From Patescibacteria group bacterium (GTDB lineage Bacteria > Patescibacteriota > Patescibacteriia > JAQUQO01), in contig JAQUQO010000001.1 of the NCBI GenBank assembly GCA_028716045.1, positions 798,343-862,342 of the forward strand: a DNA stretch of 64,000 nucleotides, read 5' to 3'. Below the pieces are notes generated by a model, which searched no databases, had not been told where the DNA came from, and was given only the letters and a program-made list of their open reading frames with translations. How positions within the stretch are numbered: position 1 is the stretch's first letter; each line of letters begins with the position of its first letter. Made by a program: the position numbers and the translations under genes. Shown here piece by piece: positions 10,114 through 17,822 of this stretch.

Positions 10114-10254
10114 TTAGACGGTTAATTTTTTTCTTCCCTTGGCTCGGCGGGACTTTAAAACCTTGCGTCCGCCCCTGGTTTTCATTCTCCTTCTAAACCC
10201 ATGGGTTTTCTGTCTTTTCCTCTTTTTTGGCTGGTAAGTTCTTTTAGTAGACAT
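10114..10254 (-). CDS. rpmH: 50S ribosomal protein L34 (not in the ORF track, under 60 aa).
   Basis: I translated the minus strand by hand and got [46 protein letters not shown], which is the canonical L34 sequence. It sits immediately upstream of rnpA. Confidence 0.9.
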   Translation of the reverse strand: MSTKRTYQPKKRKRQKTHGFRRRMKTRGGRKVLKSRRAKGRKKLTV

Positions 10255-10511
10255 ACATCCTTGATTAATTTTAACTTTTCTATTATAATAGCAGCGATTT
10301 TAACTTCAGTCAAGTTTGGTGCTTTCCTTCGTTTTGGGGTCAGAGTAACACGGTGTTATCGCAAAAGTAGTTTTAAACATGTAATGCACAGATTATGAAC
10401 ATTTTTTGGCTTGACCCTCGTGGTGGACAATATTTTTGAAATGGTGTATAATACGGGAATTCTTATAGCGTGATTTTCTCAAAAAAATTTAAATTTTCTA
10501 AAATACCAGAT

Positions 10512-11870
10512 ATGCAAAACGATCAACTTTGGCAAGCCGTTTTAGGAGAGTTAGAGCTACAACTTTCCAAAGCAAATTTTACCACGTGGTTTCGCGGGAC
10601 TTTTATTTCTTCTCGCGAAGAAAGTAAGGTCATAGTCGGCGTGCCTAATGCTTTTACTAAAAGTTGGTTGGAAAAAAAATATCACGAATCCATTTTAAAA
10701 GCTTTACAGAGTTTAACCGAAAGACAAATCAGGGAAATATTTTTTAAGGTAGAAACGAAAAAATTAAGCGAGCCGGAAGCGACAAACTTAATCAGGGACA
10801 TAAAAAAAATAGAACAGGAAGAAACGGAACCAGCCCTTTCTTCTTTTGGTCTTAACAATCGCTACACATTTGATAAGTTTATTGTCGGTAAGGGCAATGA
10901 ACTGGCTTATGCCGCCTGCAAAGCAGTAGCCCAAACTCCGGGGAAGACCTATAATCCGCTTTTTATTTACGGCGGAGTCGGTTTAGGTAAGACCCATCTT
11001 TTACAGGCCGTGGGGCACGCTTTGGCCCAATGCCAAAATTGTAAAATAATGTATGTCACCTCCGAAAAGTTTACCAATGAATATATCCAAGCGGTAAAAA
11101 ATGGCCGGGGCAAAGAGTTTAAGGATGCCTATCGCAACGTGGATTTGCTTTTGATTGATGATATCCAGTTTATTGCCGGGAAAGAGGGGACACAAGAAGA
11201 ATTTTTTCATACCTTTAATCATTTACACCAATCAAATAAGCAGATTGTTTTAACTTCAGATCGTCCGCCTAAAGCCATTCCGGCGCTGGAGAAAAGATTG
11301 TTGTCCCGTTTTGAATGGGGGATGATTGCGGACGTGTCCGCTCCCGACTTGGAAACAAGAATTGCTATTTTGGAAGCGAAACTAAAAGAAAAAAATTATG
11401 CCTTGGAAAGAGAGATTGTTTCTTTTATCGCCAGCCATGTGCAGAATAACATCAGGGAGTTAGAAGGAGCCCTAAATCGTATTATGGCTTTTAATCAATT
11501 TAATAATACGCCGATTAATTTGGAGAATGTAAAAAATATTTTAAGCACCATCAGCCGACCCGCCAGCGGTGGACGCGCCAATATCACTCCCAAGACGCTT
11601 ATTAAAACCGTGGCGGAATTTTACGATTTAGCCATTGAGGAGCTTATTGGGAAAAGCCGCGAAAAAAGATTAGCCTATCCCCGCCAGATTATTATGTATT
11701 TAATGCGCGAAGAAGTTCAAAGTTCTTACCCGGCCATTGGTCAGGAGTTGGGGGGCAGGGACCATACCACGGCTATGCATGCTTATCATAAAATTATAGG
11801 CGAAATAGAAAATTGCGAAAAAACCAAGCAGGAAATCAGCGCTATCAAAGAACGGCTTTATAATTGTTAA
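10512..11870 (+). CDS. dnaA: Chromosomal replication initiator protein DnaA.
   Basis: 'GGVGLGKTHLLQAVGH', 'LLIDDIQF' and a C-terminal DnaA-box-binding HTH are present. The start is chosen at MQNDQLWQAVL, the typical DnaA N-terminus; the ORF track starts at a GTG at 10470. Confidence 0.85.
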   Translation: MQNDQLWQAVLGELELQLSKANFTTWFRGTFISSREESKVIVGVPNAFTKSWLEKKYHESILKALQSLTERQIREIFFKVETKKLSEPEATNLIRDIKKIEQEETEPALSSFGLNNRYTFDKFIVGKGNELAYAACKAVAQTPGKTYNPLFIYGGVGLGKTHLLQAVGHALAQCQNCKIMYVTSEKFTNEYIQAVKNGRGKEFKDAYRNVDLLLIDDIQFIAGKEGTQEEFFHTFNHLHQSNKQIVLTSDRPPKAIPALEKRLLSRFEWGMIADVSAPDLETRIAILEAKLKEKNYALEREIVSFIASHVQNNIRELEGALNRIMAFNQFNNTPINLENVKNILSTISRPASGGRANITPKTLIKTVAEFYDLAIEELIGKSREKRLAYPRQIIMYLMREEVQSSYPAIGQELGGRDHTTAMHAYHKIIGEIENCEKTKQEISAIKERLYNC

Positions 11871-11887
11871 ATCATAATAACTTTTAT

Positions 11888-13015
11888 ATGAAACTCTCCT
11901 GTACTCAAGAAAATTTAAATCAAGGTTTATTTGTGGTTGGGCATATCGCCAGTAAAAATACCAATTTGCCGATTCTCGGCAATGTCCTCATCGAGGCCAA
12001 AGAAGGAGGGGTAAAATTACGAGCGACAAATCTGGAAATCGGCGTGAGTTGTATTATCCGCGGCAAAGTTGATGAAGAGGGTGAGTTTACGGTGCAGTCA
12101 AAAGTTTTTTCTGATTATATCGCCCTTCTGCCTAAGGAGAAAGTTGATTTGACGCTTGAAGACCAAGAGTTAATTGTGAGTTGTGATAATTACCATACTA
12201 AAATTAAGGGCGTACCGGCCGTGGATTTCCCCCTGATTCCTCAAATAGATAAAAAAAACCCGATTATTTGCGGCGTCAGAGAGTTGAAAGAGGCCTTGGC
12301 CCAGGTTGGTTTTGCTGTTTCTTTAAGCAATACCAGGCCGGAAATCGGCGGCATCTTTTTTAAAGTCAACGACAGCCAGCTTATTTTAGCCGCTACCGAC
12401 AGCTATCGGCTGGCGGAAAAGAAAATAAAATTAAAGCAGGGATTAAATACCGAAAATAGCGTTATTATCCCCTCTAAAACCATTCAGGAACTGTCGCGCA
12501 TTTTGGGAGGGTTGAAAAAGGAGGGAGAGGAAGAAAGTGAAGATAATGTGGAAATTTATTTTGGAGAGAATCAAATTTTATTTGTTTATAATGGCGTGGA
12601 AATAATTTCCCGTTTAATTGAAGGCCAGTACCCGGATTATAACCAGATTGTGCCGAAAGATTTTAAAACAGAGTGTTTTGTCGGAGTAGCGGATGTTGCT
12701 AATGCCGTAAAGACCGCTAGTTTGTTTGCTCGTTCGGGAATTTATGATGTTACGCTAAATTTTAATCCAGCAGATGACAATGTGGAGGTGAGCGCCGTAA
12801 ATAATCAGCTTGGCGAAAATAAAGCCAAAGTGGTGGCTAAAATTACCGGCGCGGATAATAAAATAGTTTTGAATTATCGTTATCTTTTAGATGGGCTAAA
12901 TAATTTAGGCAAAGAGGAGGCCAAGATGGAATTAATTGATGCAGACAATCCCTGTATTATTCGTCCAGCCAATACCGAGGGGTATCTTTACATTGTTATG
13001 CCCATTAAACAGTAA
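11888..13015 (+). CDS. dnaN: DNA polymerase III beta sliding clamp.
   Basis: It has a beta-clamp three-domain layout. 'MKLSCTQENLNQGL' is a typical DnaN start. It lies directly downstream of dnaA. Confidence 0.85.
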   Translation: MKLSCTQENLNQGLFVVGHIASKNTNLPILGNVLIEAKEGGVKLRATNLEIGVSCIIRGKVDEEGEFTVQSKVFSDYIALLPKEKVDLTLEDQELIVSCDNYHTKIKGVPAVDFPLIPQIDKKNPIICGVRELKEALAQVGFAVSLSNTRPEIGGIFFKVNDSQLILAATDSYRLAEKKIKLKQGLNTENSVIIPSKTIQELSRILGGLKKEGEEESEDNVEIYFGENQILFVYNGVEIISRLIEGQYPDYNQIVPKDFKTECFVGVADVANAVKTASLFARSGIYDVTLNFNPADDNVEVSAVNNQLGENKAKVVAKITGADNKIVLNYRYLLDGLNNLGKEEAKMELIDADNPCIIRPANTEGYLYIVMPIKQ

Positions 13016-13038
13016 GACATATTTAAACATACAAACAG

Positions 13039-13078
13039 AAAACCGTCCCCCGCATTGGCGGCATTAGGACGGTTTTTT
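13039..13078. terminator. Bidirectional intrinsic terminator between dnaN and the convergent PBP gene.
   Basis: Hairpin aaaaccgtcc...ggacggtttttt with an A-run upstream and a T-run downstream. Confidence 0.6.
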
Positions 13079-13088
13079 GTTTGAGCTG

Positions 13089-16016
13089 TTACTGGATGGT
13101 TACATTTATATATTCACTTTGATATTTATTATCCAGTTCGTCAGTGACTTCCATATAAAGTTTGTATTTTCCGGCGGCTGGCGGTTTCACCCAGTGGGCT
13201 TCCAGTATTTCGGAGGCGGGTCTGATAAGAGAATCAATGCGTTGCGGGTTGCCGTTGGCATCTTCATAATAAAAATCAACCTTGGCGACGTTGGCCAGAA
13301 GCGAGAGCTCGGCCGAGAGGGTTAGAGGGAAGCTGGAGGCGTAAAAAGTAGAATTATCTTTCGGCCCGATCCAGTTGATGGTTATCGCTTCAGTCGGCAA
13401 ATTAAAATTAAGGGTGATTTCCGCCGAATTGTTATTATCTACGTCGTCATAAGCCACGGCCTTAATGGTATGAAAGCCGTTACTCACATTTTTCAGGTGG
13501 TAATTAAGAGTAAAGGGGAGAGAATAAACTTTTGTCATTAATTTATTATCTATAAAATATTCCACCCGTCTCATCCCGCGCGGCGCCGAGGTCTGAACTG
13601 TTATAACAATATCTCTCGTACTGACGGTTTCGTTAATATTATGCGAAGTGATGTTAATTACCGGCTGATAGCGGGGCAGATGAACGTCATCATATTCCGT
13701 CGGCGGAGGTTGAGTGATAAATCCTTGCGCCGCCGCCCATTTTTGCACGGCCTCTTCCCAATTTTGGTATTGCGGGTCATCAGCCGGATTGTCCGGCGGC
13801 GGACCCAGCGGGTCGTCTTTGCGGATATAATAAAGCAGGCAGTGCGCCTCCTGAAAGATTTTTTCTTCAATCTGACTTGGCGGCGTGTATTCAGTTGCCA
13901 ATTTGCCGCTGGCCTTATCTATGTTGACCTTAATTTGCCCGAAATTTTCTCCGTCCAGAACTGCCTTGCCAGTTTTGGGTATTTCCGGGTCGTTAAATTT
14001 TTTGACTTCTGTTCCCATCAGCGTTTTTTTCATGTAGGCCTGCCAAATGGGAGCGGCGATTACCGACCCGTCGGCTCCGCGTTTCATTTCCTTATTATTA
14101 TTGTTGCCTACCCAGACGCCGGTGGCGAGATCCGGAGTGTAACCAACTGTCCAGGCATCATGATAGTCGTTAGTCGTTCCGGTTTTAGCGGCCACCGGAC
14201 GGTCTTCCAAATGGAGAAGGTTTTCTGCGCCGAAAATAAAAGTTCGGGCGTTATTGTCAGAAAGAATACTGGTAATTTCTTGGGCGATATTTTTATCTAA
14301 AACATCACGTGATTTTTTGCTAAATTCTTCAAGTATTTTCCCGGTTCGGTCTTCTACTTTAAGAATGGCCGAAGGTTCAAAATAAACACCCTCGTTGGCA
14401 AAGACGGCGTAGGCCGCGGTGTGTTCCAGCAACCTTACTTCCCCGCCGCCGAGTACTAAGGAAAGGCCGAAGCGGCTGCGGTCTTTCAGCGTGGTATAGC
14501 CCATTTTTTCCGCTAAATCCAGAACCTTATCAATGCCGGCCAAGTAAATTGTTTTGACTGCCGGGATATTGAGTGACCCTGCCAGAGCTTGTCTGATAGT
14601 GACGGGCCCGTGTTCTTTAAGGTCATAGTTTTTTGGTTCGTAATCTTTGATTTCTGTTTTAAAAACGGTATTAACGTCATAAAGAACCGTGTTGGGGGTG
14701 TATCCTTTTTCAAAGGCCGCGGCGTAAACTATGGGTTTAAAAGATGACCCGGGCTGGCGCGGGCTTAAGGTGACGTTCACCTGTCCATCGTGTTCATTGT
14801 CAAAATAATCCCGCGAACCAACCATGGCTAAAATTTGTCCGGTAGGGGCGTCCAAAGAAACAAGCGCCGCGTTGTTGCCCCCATACTGCTCTATTTTTTT
14901 AATACCATTAGTTACCGCTTCCTCAGCGTTTTTTTGTTTATCCCAATCAAGTGTAGTGTAAACTTTAAGTCCGCCTTCGGCCACCGATTTTTCCCCATAT
15001 TTATCTGTTAGTAATTCTTTAACATACATCACAAAATGCGGGGCGGTAATATTTTCCGCCTTGTTTTTGAAAGTTATTTTTTCTTCTTTGGCCTTGGCCG
15101 CTTCTTTCTCTTCAAGATGTCCGTATTTTACCATCAAATCAAGAATATATTTTTGGCGGGAGAAAAGTTCATCGGTATGATTGCCGTGAGGAGAAAGATA
15201 TGTCGGGCGTTGAGGCAGTGCGGCTAATAGCGCGGCTTCGGCTAAAGTTAAATCCTTGGCATCTTTGCCGAAAAAATTTTGCGCGGCCGACTGAATACCA
15301 TAAACCGTGGAACCGTAGGGGATTTCATTAAAATACATTTGCAGAATTTCGTCTTTGGAAAACTTTTTTTCTATTTGATAAGCGAGAATCAATTCTTTGA
15401 TTTTTCGGGTGTAAGTTTTTTCGTTGGTGAGTATGGCATTTTTGATAAATTGTTGGGTGATAGTGGAACCGCCCGCCTTTTTATCAAAAAGAATGTTGCT
15501 GACAGTGGTTCGAAAAATCGCCCACAAACTAAAACCGCCGTGTTTATAAAAATTTTTATCTTCAATGTCAATTGTCGCCCACTTAACATATTCCGGCAGT
15601 TCGTTTAATTTAATTACTGTTCTTTTGGCATCGCCATGAATTTCGTAAAGTAGATGTTCTCCGGTCCGGTCATAAATCTTAGTGCTTTGAGCTAAACTGC
15701 GCTCTATTATTTTGTTAGGGTCGGGCAGGTCTTTATTAAACCAAGCGAGTACTCCTACGAAAAAGACGCTTCCCACCAGAATACCTAAAACAATAACAGA
15801 AACAGCCCCTTTCCAAAAGTTATTCCAAAGATTTTTTCGAGGAGAAAATCCTGCGGCCTTGCTTCGCAGAATTTCCCGCATTTTTTTAAACAAAATAATC
15901 CCCAGCGGTTTATTGCGAGGCAGGGGTTTGAGATGAGTACGGTTCGGCTTCTTAAATCTCTCATAAGAGGGCCTTTTCCAGCTTTTAGGGGACTGAATAT
16001 GATGCGGTAGAGCCAT
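13089..16016 (-). CDS. Class A penicillin-binding protein (PBP1A-type transglycosylase/transpeptidase) with C-terminal Ig-like extension domains.
   Basis: An N-terminal TM anchor is followed by the GT51 motif 'GGSTITQQFIKN' and the transpeptidase motifs 'SSFKP', 'SLN' and 'KTGTT'. About 250 extra C-terminal residues are rich in beta structure. Confidence 0.85.
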   Translation of the reverse strand: MALPHHIQSPKSWKRPSYERFKKPNRTHLKPLPRNKPLGIILFKKMREILRSKAAGFSPRKNLWNNFWKGAVSVIVLGILVGSVFFVGVLAWFNKDLPDPNKIIERSLAQSTKIYDRTGEHLLYEIHGDAKRTVIKLNELPEYVKWATIDIEDKNFYKHGGFSLWAIFRTTVSNILFDKKAGGSTITQQFIKNAILTNEKTYTRKIKELILAYQIEKKFSKDEILQMYFNEIPYGSTVYGIQSAAQNFFGKDAKDLTLAEAALLAALPQRPTYLSPHGNHTDELFSRQKYILDLMVKYGHLEEKEAAKAKEEKITFKNKAENITAPHFVMYVKELLTDKYGEKSVAEGGLKVYTTLDWDKQKNAEEAVTNGIKKIEQYGGNNAALVSLDAPTGQILAMVGSRDYFDNEHDGQVNVTLSPRQPGSSFKPIVYAAAFEKGYTPNTVLYDVNTVFKTEIKDYEPKNYDLKEHGPVTIRQALAGSLNIPAVKTIYLAGIDKVLDLAEKMGYTTLKDRSRFGLSLVLGGGEVRLLEHTAAYAVFANEGVYFEPSAILKVEDRTGKILEEFSKKSRDVLDKNIAQEITSILSDNNARTFIFGAENLLHLEDRPVAAKTGTTNDYHDAWTVGYTPDLATGVWVGNNNNKEMKRGADGSVIAAPIWQAYMKKTLMGTEVKKFNDPEIPKTGKAVLDGENFGQIKVNIDKASGKLATEYTPPSQIEEKIFQEAHCLLYYIRKDDPLGPPPDNPADDPQYQNWEEAVQKWAAAQGFITQPPPTEYDDVHLPRYQPVINITSHNINETVSTRDIVITVQTSAPRGMRRVEYFIDNKLMTKVYSLPFTLNYHLKNVSNGFHTIKAVAYDDVDNNNSAEITLNFNLPTEAITINWIGPKDNSTFYASSFPLTLSAELSLLANVAKVDFYYEDANGNPQRIDSLIRPASEILEAHWVKPPAAGKYKLYMEVTDELDNKYQSEYINVTIQ

Positions 16017-16069
16017 AAAATTAGAGGATTTCTTTTATTATACAAAATAATTGCCATTTAGGCGAGGTC

Positions 16070-16098
16070 TTGACAAAATCATCAAAATATGCTATAAT
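16070..16098 (+). promoter_or_regulatory. Sigma70-type promoter (TTGACA-17-TATAAT) upstream of the 3D-domain gene.
   Basis: Perfect consensus hexamers with a 17-nt spacer, about 50 nt upstream of the ATG at 16147. Confidence 0.6.
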
Positions 16099-16146
16099 TT
16101 TTGGTATCCCGTTTTAGTTTAATGGGATTTTTTATTTATAAAAAAT

Positions 16147-16689
16147 ATGAAAAGAAATTTATATTTATTCAAAAAATGGCTGAAATTAGACAAAAAACCT
16201 TTGCTTTTATTGGCGATTTTTATTATGGAATTTTTATTTCCGCAAGTTTCCGTTGCCAAGGATTTAGAAAGATTTGAAGAGCAATCGTTAGCTGAAAGGG
16301 CGGCTGTTTTAGAATGGCCCATCTGCGAGGAAAAGAAAGATTGCGAGGAACGGGAATTTTTATCTCCAGACAAAGAGCTAAAAAAACCAAAAAAAGTTTT
16401 TTATGTTGTGGTTACTGCCTATACCAGCACGCCGGACCAGACCGATAGCACTCCCTGTGTTACCGCTTCCGGGCTGAATGTTTGCGCTCGCGACAAGGAA
16501 AATGTTGTGGCTGCCAATTTTTTGCGTTTTGGCACTAAGGTTAAGATACCCGAAGTTTTTGGTGAGCAGGTTTTTCATGTTGAAGATAGAATGAATCCTC
16601 GCTATACCTATCGCGTAGATGTTTGGATGAAAAGCCGCGAGGCGGCCGAGGAGTTTGGCGTTAAAAAAGTAAAAGTAGAGGTTTATTAA
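16147..16689 (+). CDS. 3D-domain (YuiC/MltA-like) cell-wall-binding protein.
   Basis: A signal peptide is followed by 'VVTAYTSTPDQTDSTPCVTASG...VAAN.LRFGTKVKIP...VEDRM..RYT.RVDVWM', the three-aspartate 3D domain. Confidence 0.65.
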   Translation: MKRNLYLFKKWLKLDKKPLLLLAIFIMEFLFPQVSVAKDLERFEEQSLAERAAVLEWPICEEKKDCEEREFLSPDKELKKPKKVFYVVVTAYTSTPDQTDSTPCVTASGLNVCARDKENVVAANFLRFGTKVKIPEVFGEQVFHVEDRMNPRYTYRVDVWMKSREAAEEFGVKKVKVEVY

Positions 16690-16765
16690 AAGTTGATAAA
16701 ATCAGGCAATTTGATATACTAGAGGCAAGCTGGCTGTTTGCCTCTTTGTTTTTCTGATAAATTTT

Positions 16766-16812
16766 GGCCACGTAGTCCCGAGTGCTCGGGATAAGGCAGG
16801 AGTCAGTCTCCC
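16766..16812 (+). pseudogene. 5-prime fragment of tRNA-Cys with its D-loop replaced by the genome's TCCCGA/TCGGGA hairpin element (tRNA pseudogene or remnant).
   Basis: GGCCACGTAG + TCCCGAGTGCTCGGGA + TAAGGCAGGAGTC shares 10 + 13 nt exactly with the intact tRNA-Cys 107 nt downstream. No T-arm or 3-prime acceptor follows. Confidence 0.55.
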
Positions 16813-16872
16813 CTTGAGAGATTTCCTAATAGGACAAAATTTCCAATAAAAATTTAGCACTTTAAATATTTT

Positions 16873-16944
16873 GGCCACGTAGCCAAGCGGTAAGGCAGGA
16901 GTCTGCAAAACTCCCATTCGCCGGTTCAATCCCGGCCGTGGCCT
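16873..16944 (+). tRNA. tRNA-Cys (anticodon GCA).
   Basis: The acceptor stem GGCCACG/CGTGGCC, anticodon stem-loop GGAGT-CTGCAAA-ACTCC and T-arm GCCGG-TTCAATC-CCGGC are all present, with discriminator T. The ORF-track entry 16702..16947 (minus) is spurious. Confidence 0.85.
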
Positions 16945-16999
16945 CAAAGAAAAAATCCCGTCCTTATATTAAGAACGGGATTTTAGTTTTAAAAAAGTT

Positions 17000-17353
17000 T
17001 TAGGCAGTGAGAAGGGTGATAACCAAATCTTTTATGATTTTAGCGACTATTTTGATTATTGCCTTTTTCAGTTCTTCCTTGGCTTTTTCTTCAACAAGCT
17101 TTGTTTTGAGTATGGCCAGAATGGCTATGTGGTCCAGCGCGGTGTTGCGTTGAATTACGAGAAGACGTTTTTTTGATTCGTTCTTTTCCTTGGCTAGCCG
17201 TTTTTCAATTTTCGCGATGTCTTTAACTCTTAGCGCCAGTATCTCATCTTCTTTTTTGGTCCAAACAACCCCGCCAAGTTTTTTAGTTAAAGCTTTTTTG
17301 ATTTCCGTCCGAACTGTTTCCAAAAATTCTTCGCCGGGGGGTTTATTGCTCAT
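17000..17353 (-). CDS. Hypothetical protein (Lys/Glu-rich, coiled-coil-like).
   Basis: A 117-aa ORF with no recognisable domain. Confidence 0.35.
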   Translation of the reverse strand: MSNKPPGEEFLETVRTEIKKALTKKLGGVVWTKKEDEILALRVKDIAKIEKRLAKEKNESKKRLLVIQRNTALDHIAILAILKTKLVEEKAKEELKKAIIKIVAKIIKDLVITLLTA

Positions 17354-17696
17354 GGCATCCCCCTTTCTTTCTTATTTTTTCTAACCATTCATCGCATTCA
17401 ATAATGCGCTCTGTCTCATCTGCGGCGAAAGCACATTTACACGATTGGGAAGGATTCCCCAGCGTAGAGAGTTTTTTCTCTATGTCCCAGTTACATTCGT
17501 GTGTTGCCACATACATCAGCACTCCGCTTTTTTCGTTGGAGTTGTTGGCGTATTTGTCTGCCACTAACTCGGCGCAAAGCAGCAGAGTATTGTGACACCA
17601 CAAGGTATCGGCCTTCAGATATGCCTCTGAAACTCCAGTCGCGCAGCCGCCAAGCAAAATAGCGGATAAAAGGACTAGGAATATAAGGTTTTTCAT
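17343..17696 (-). CDS. Cys-rich lipoprotein (hypothetical).
   Basis: A signal peptide with lipobox 'LLGGC' is followed by six further Cys. Confidence 0.45.
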   Translation of the reverse strand: MKNLIFLVLLSAILLGGCATGVSEAYLKADTLWCHNTLLLCAELVADKYANNSNEKSGVLMYVATHECNWDIEKKLSTLGNPSQSCKCAFAADETERIIECDEWLEKIRKKGGCHEQ

Positions 17697-17822
17697 TTTT
17701 TACCCTTTCTTTCGTTTATCGTTATAGTTATCAAGGAACATTATATAATGACATTTTTGTTTATTTTTGTCAAGTTTTTCATCTTGTTTTTATCGGCTAA
17801 AAATGGTATTCTTTAATAAAAT

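Noticed and set aside
13641-14300. 219-aa plus-strand ORF inside the PBP1A gene.
   Set aside because: It is antisense to a strongly supported CDS with clear PBP motifs and has no independent evidence.
16702-16947. 81-aa minus-strand ORF.
   Set aside because: It overlaps tRNA-Cys and the pseudo-tRNA fragment on the opposite strand and has no coding signal.
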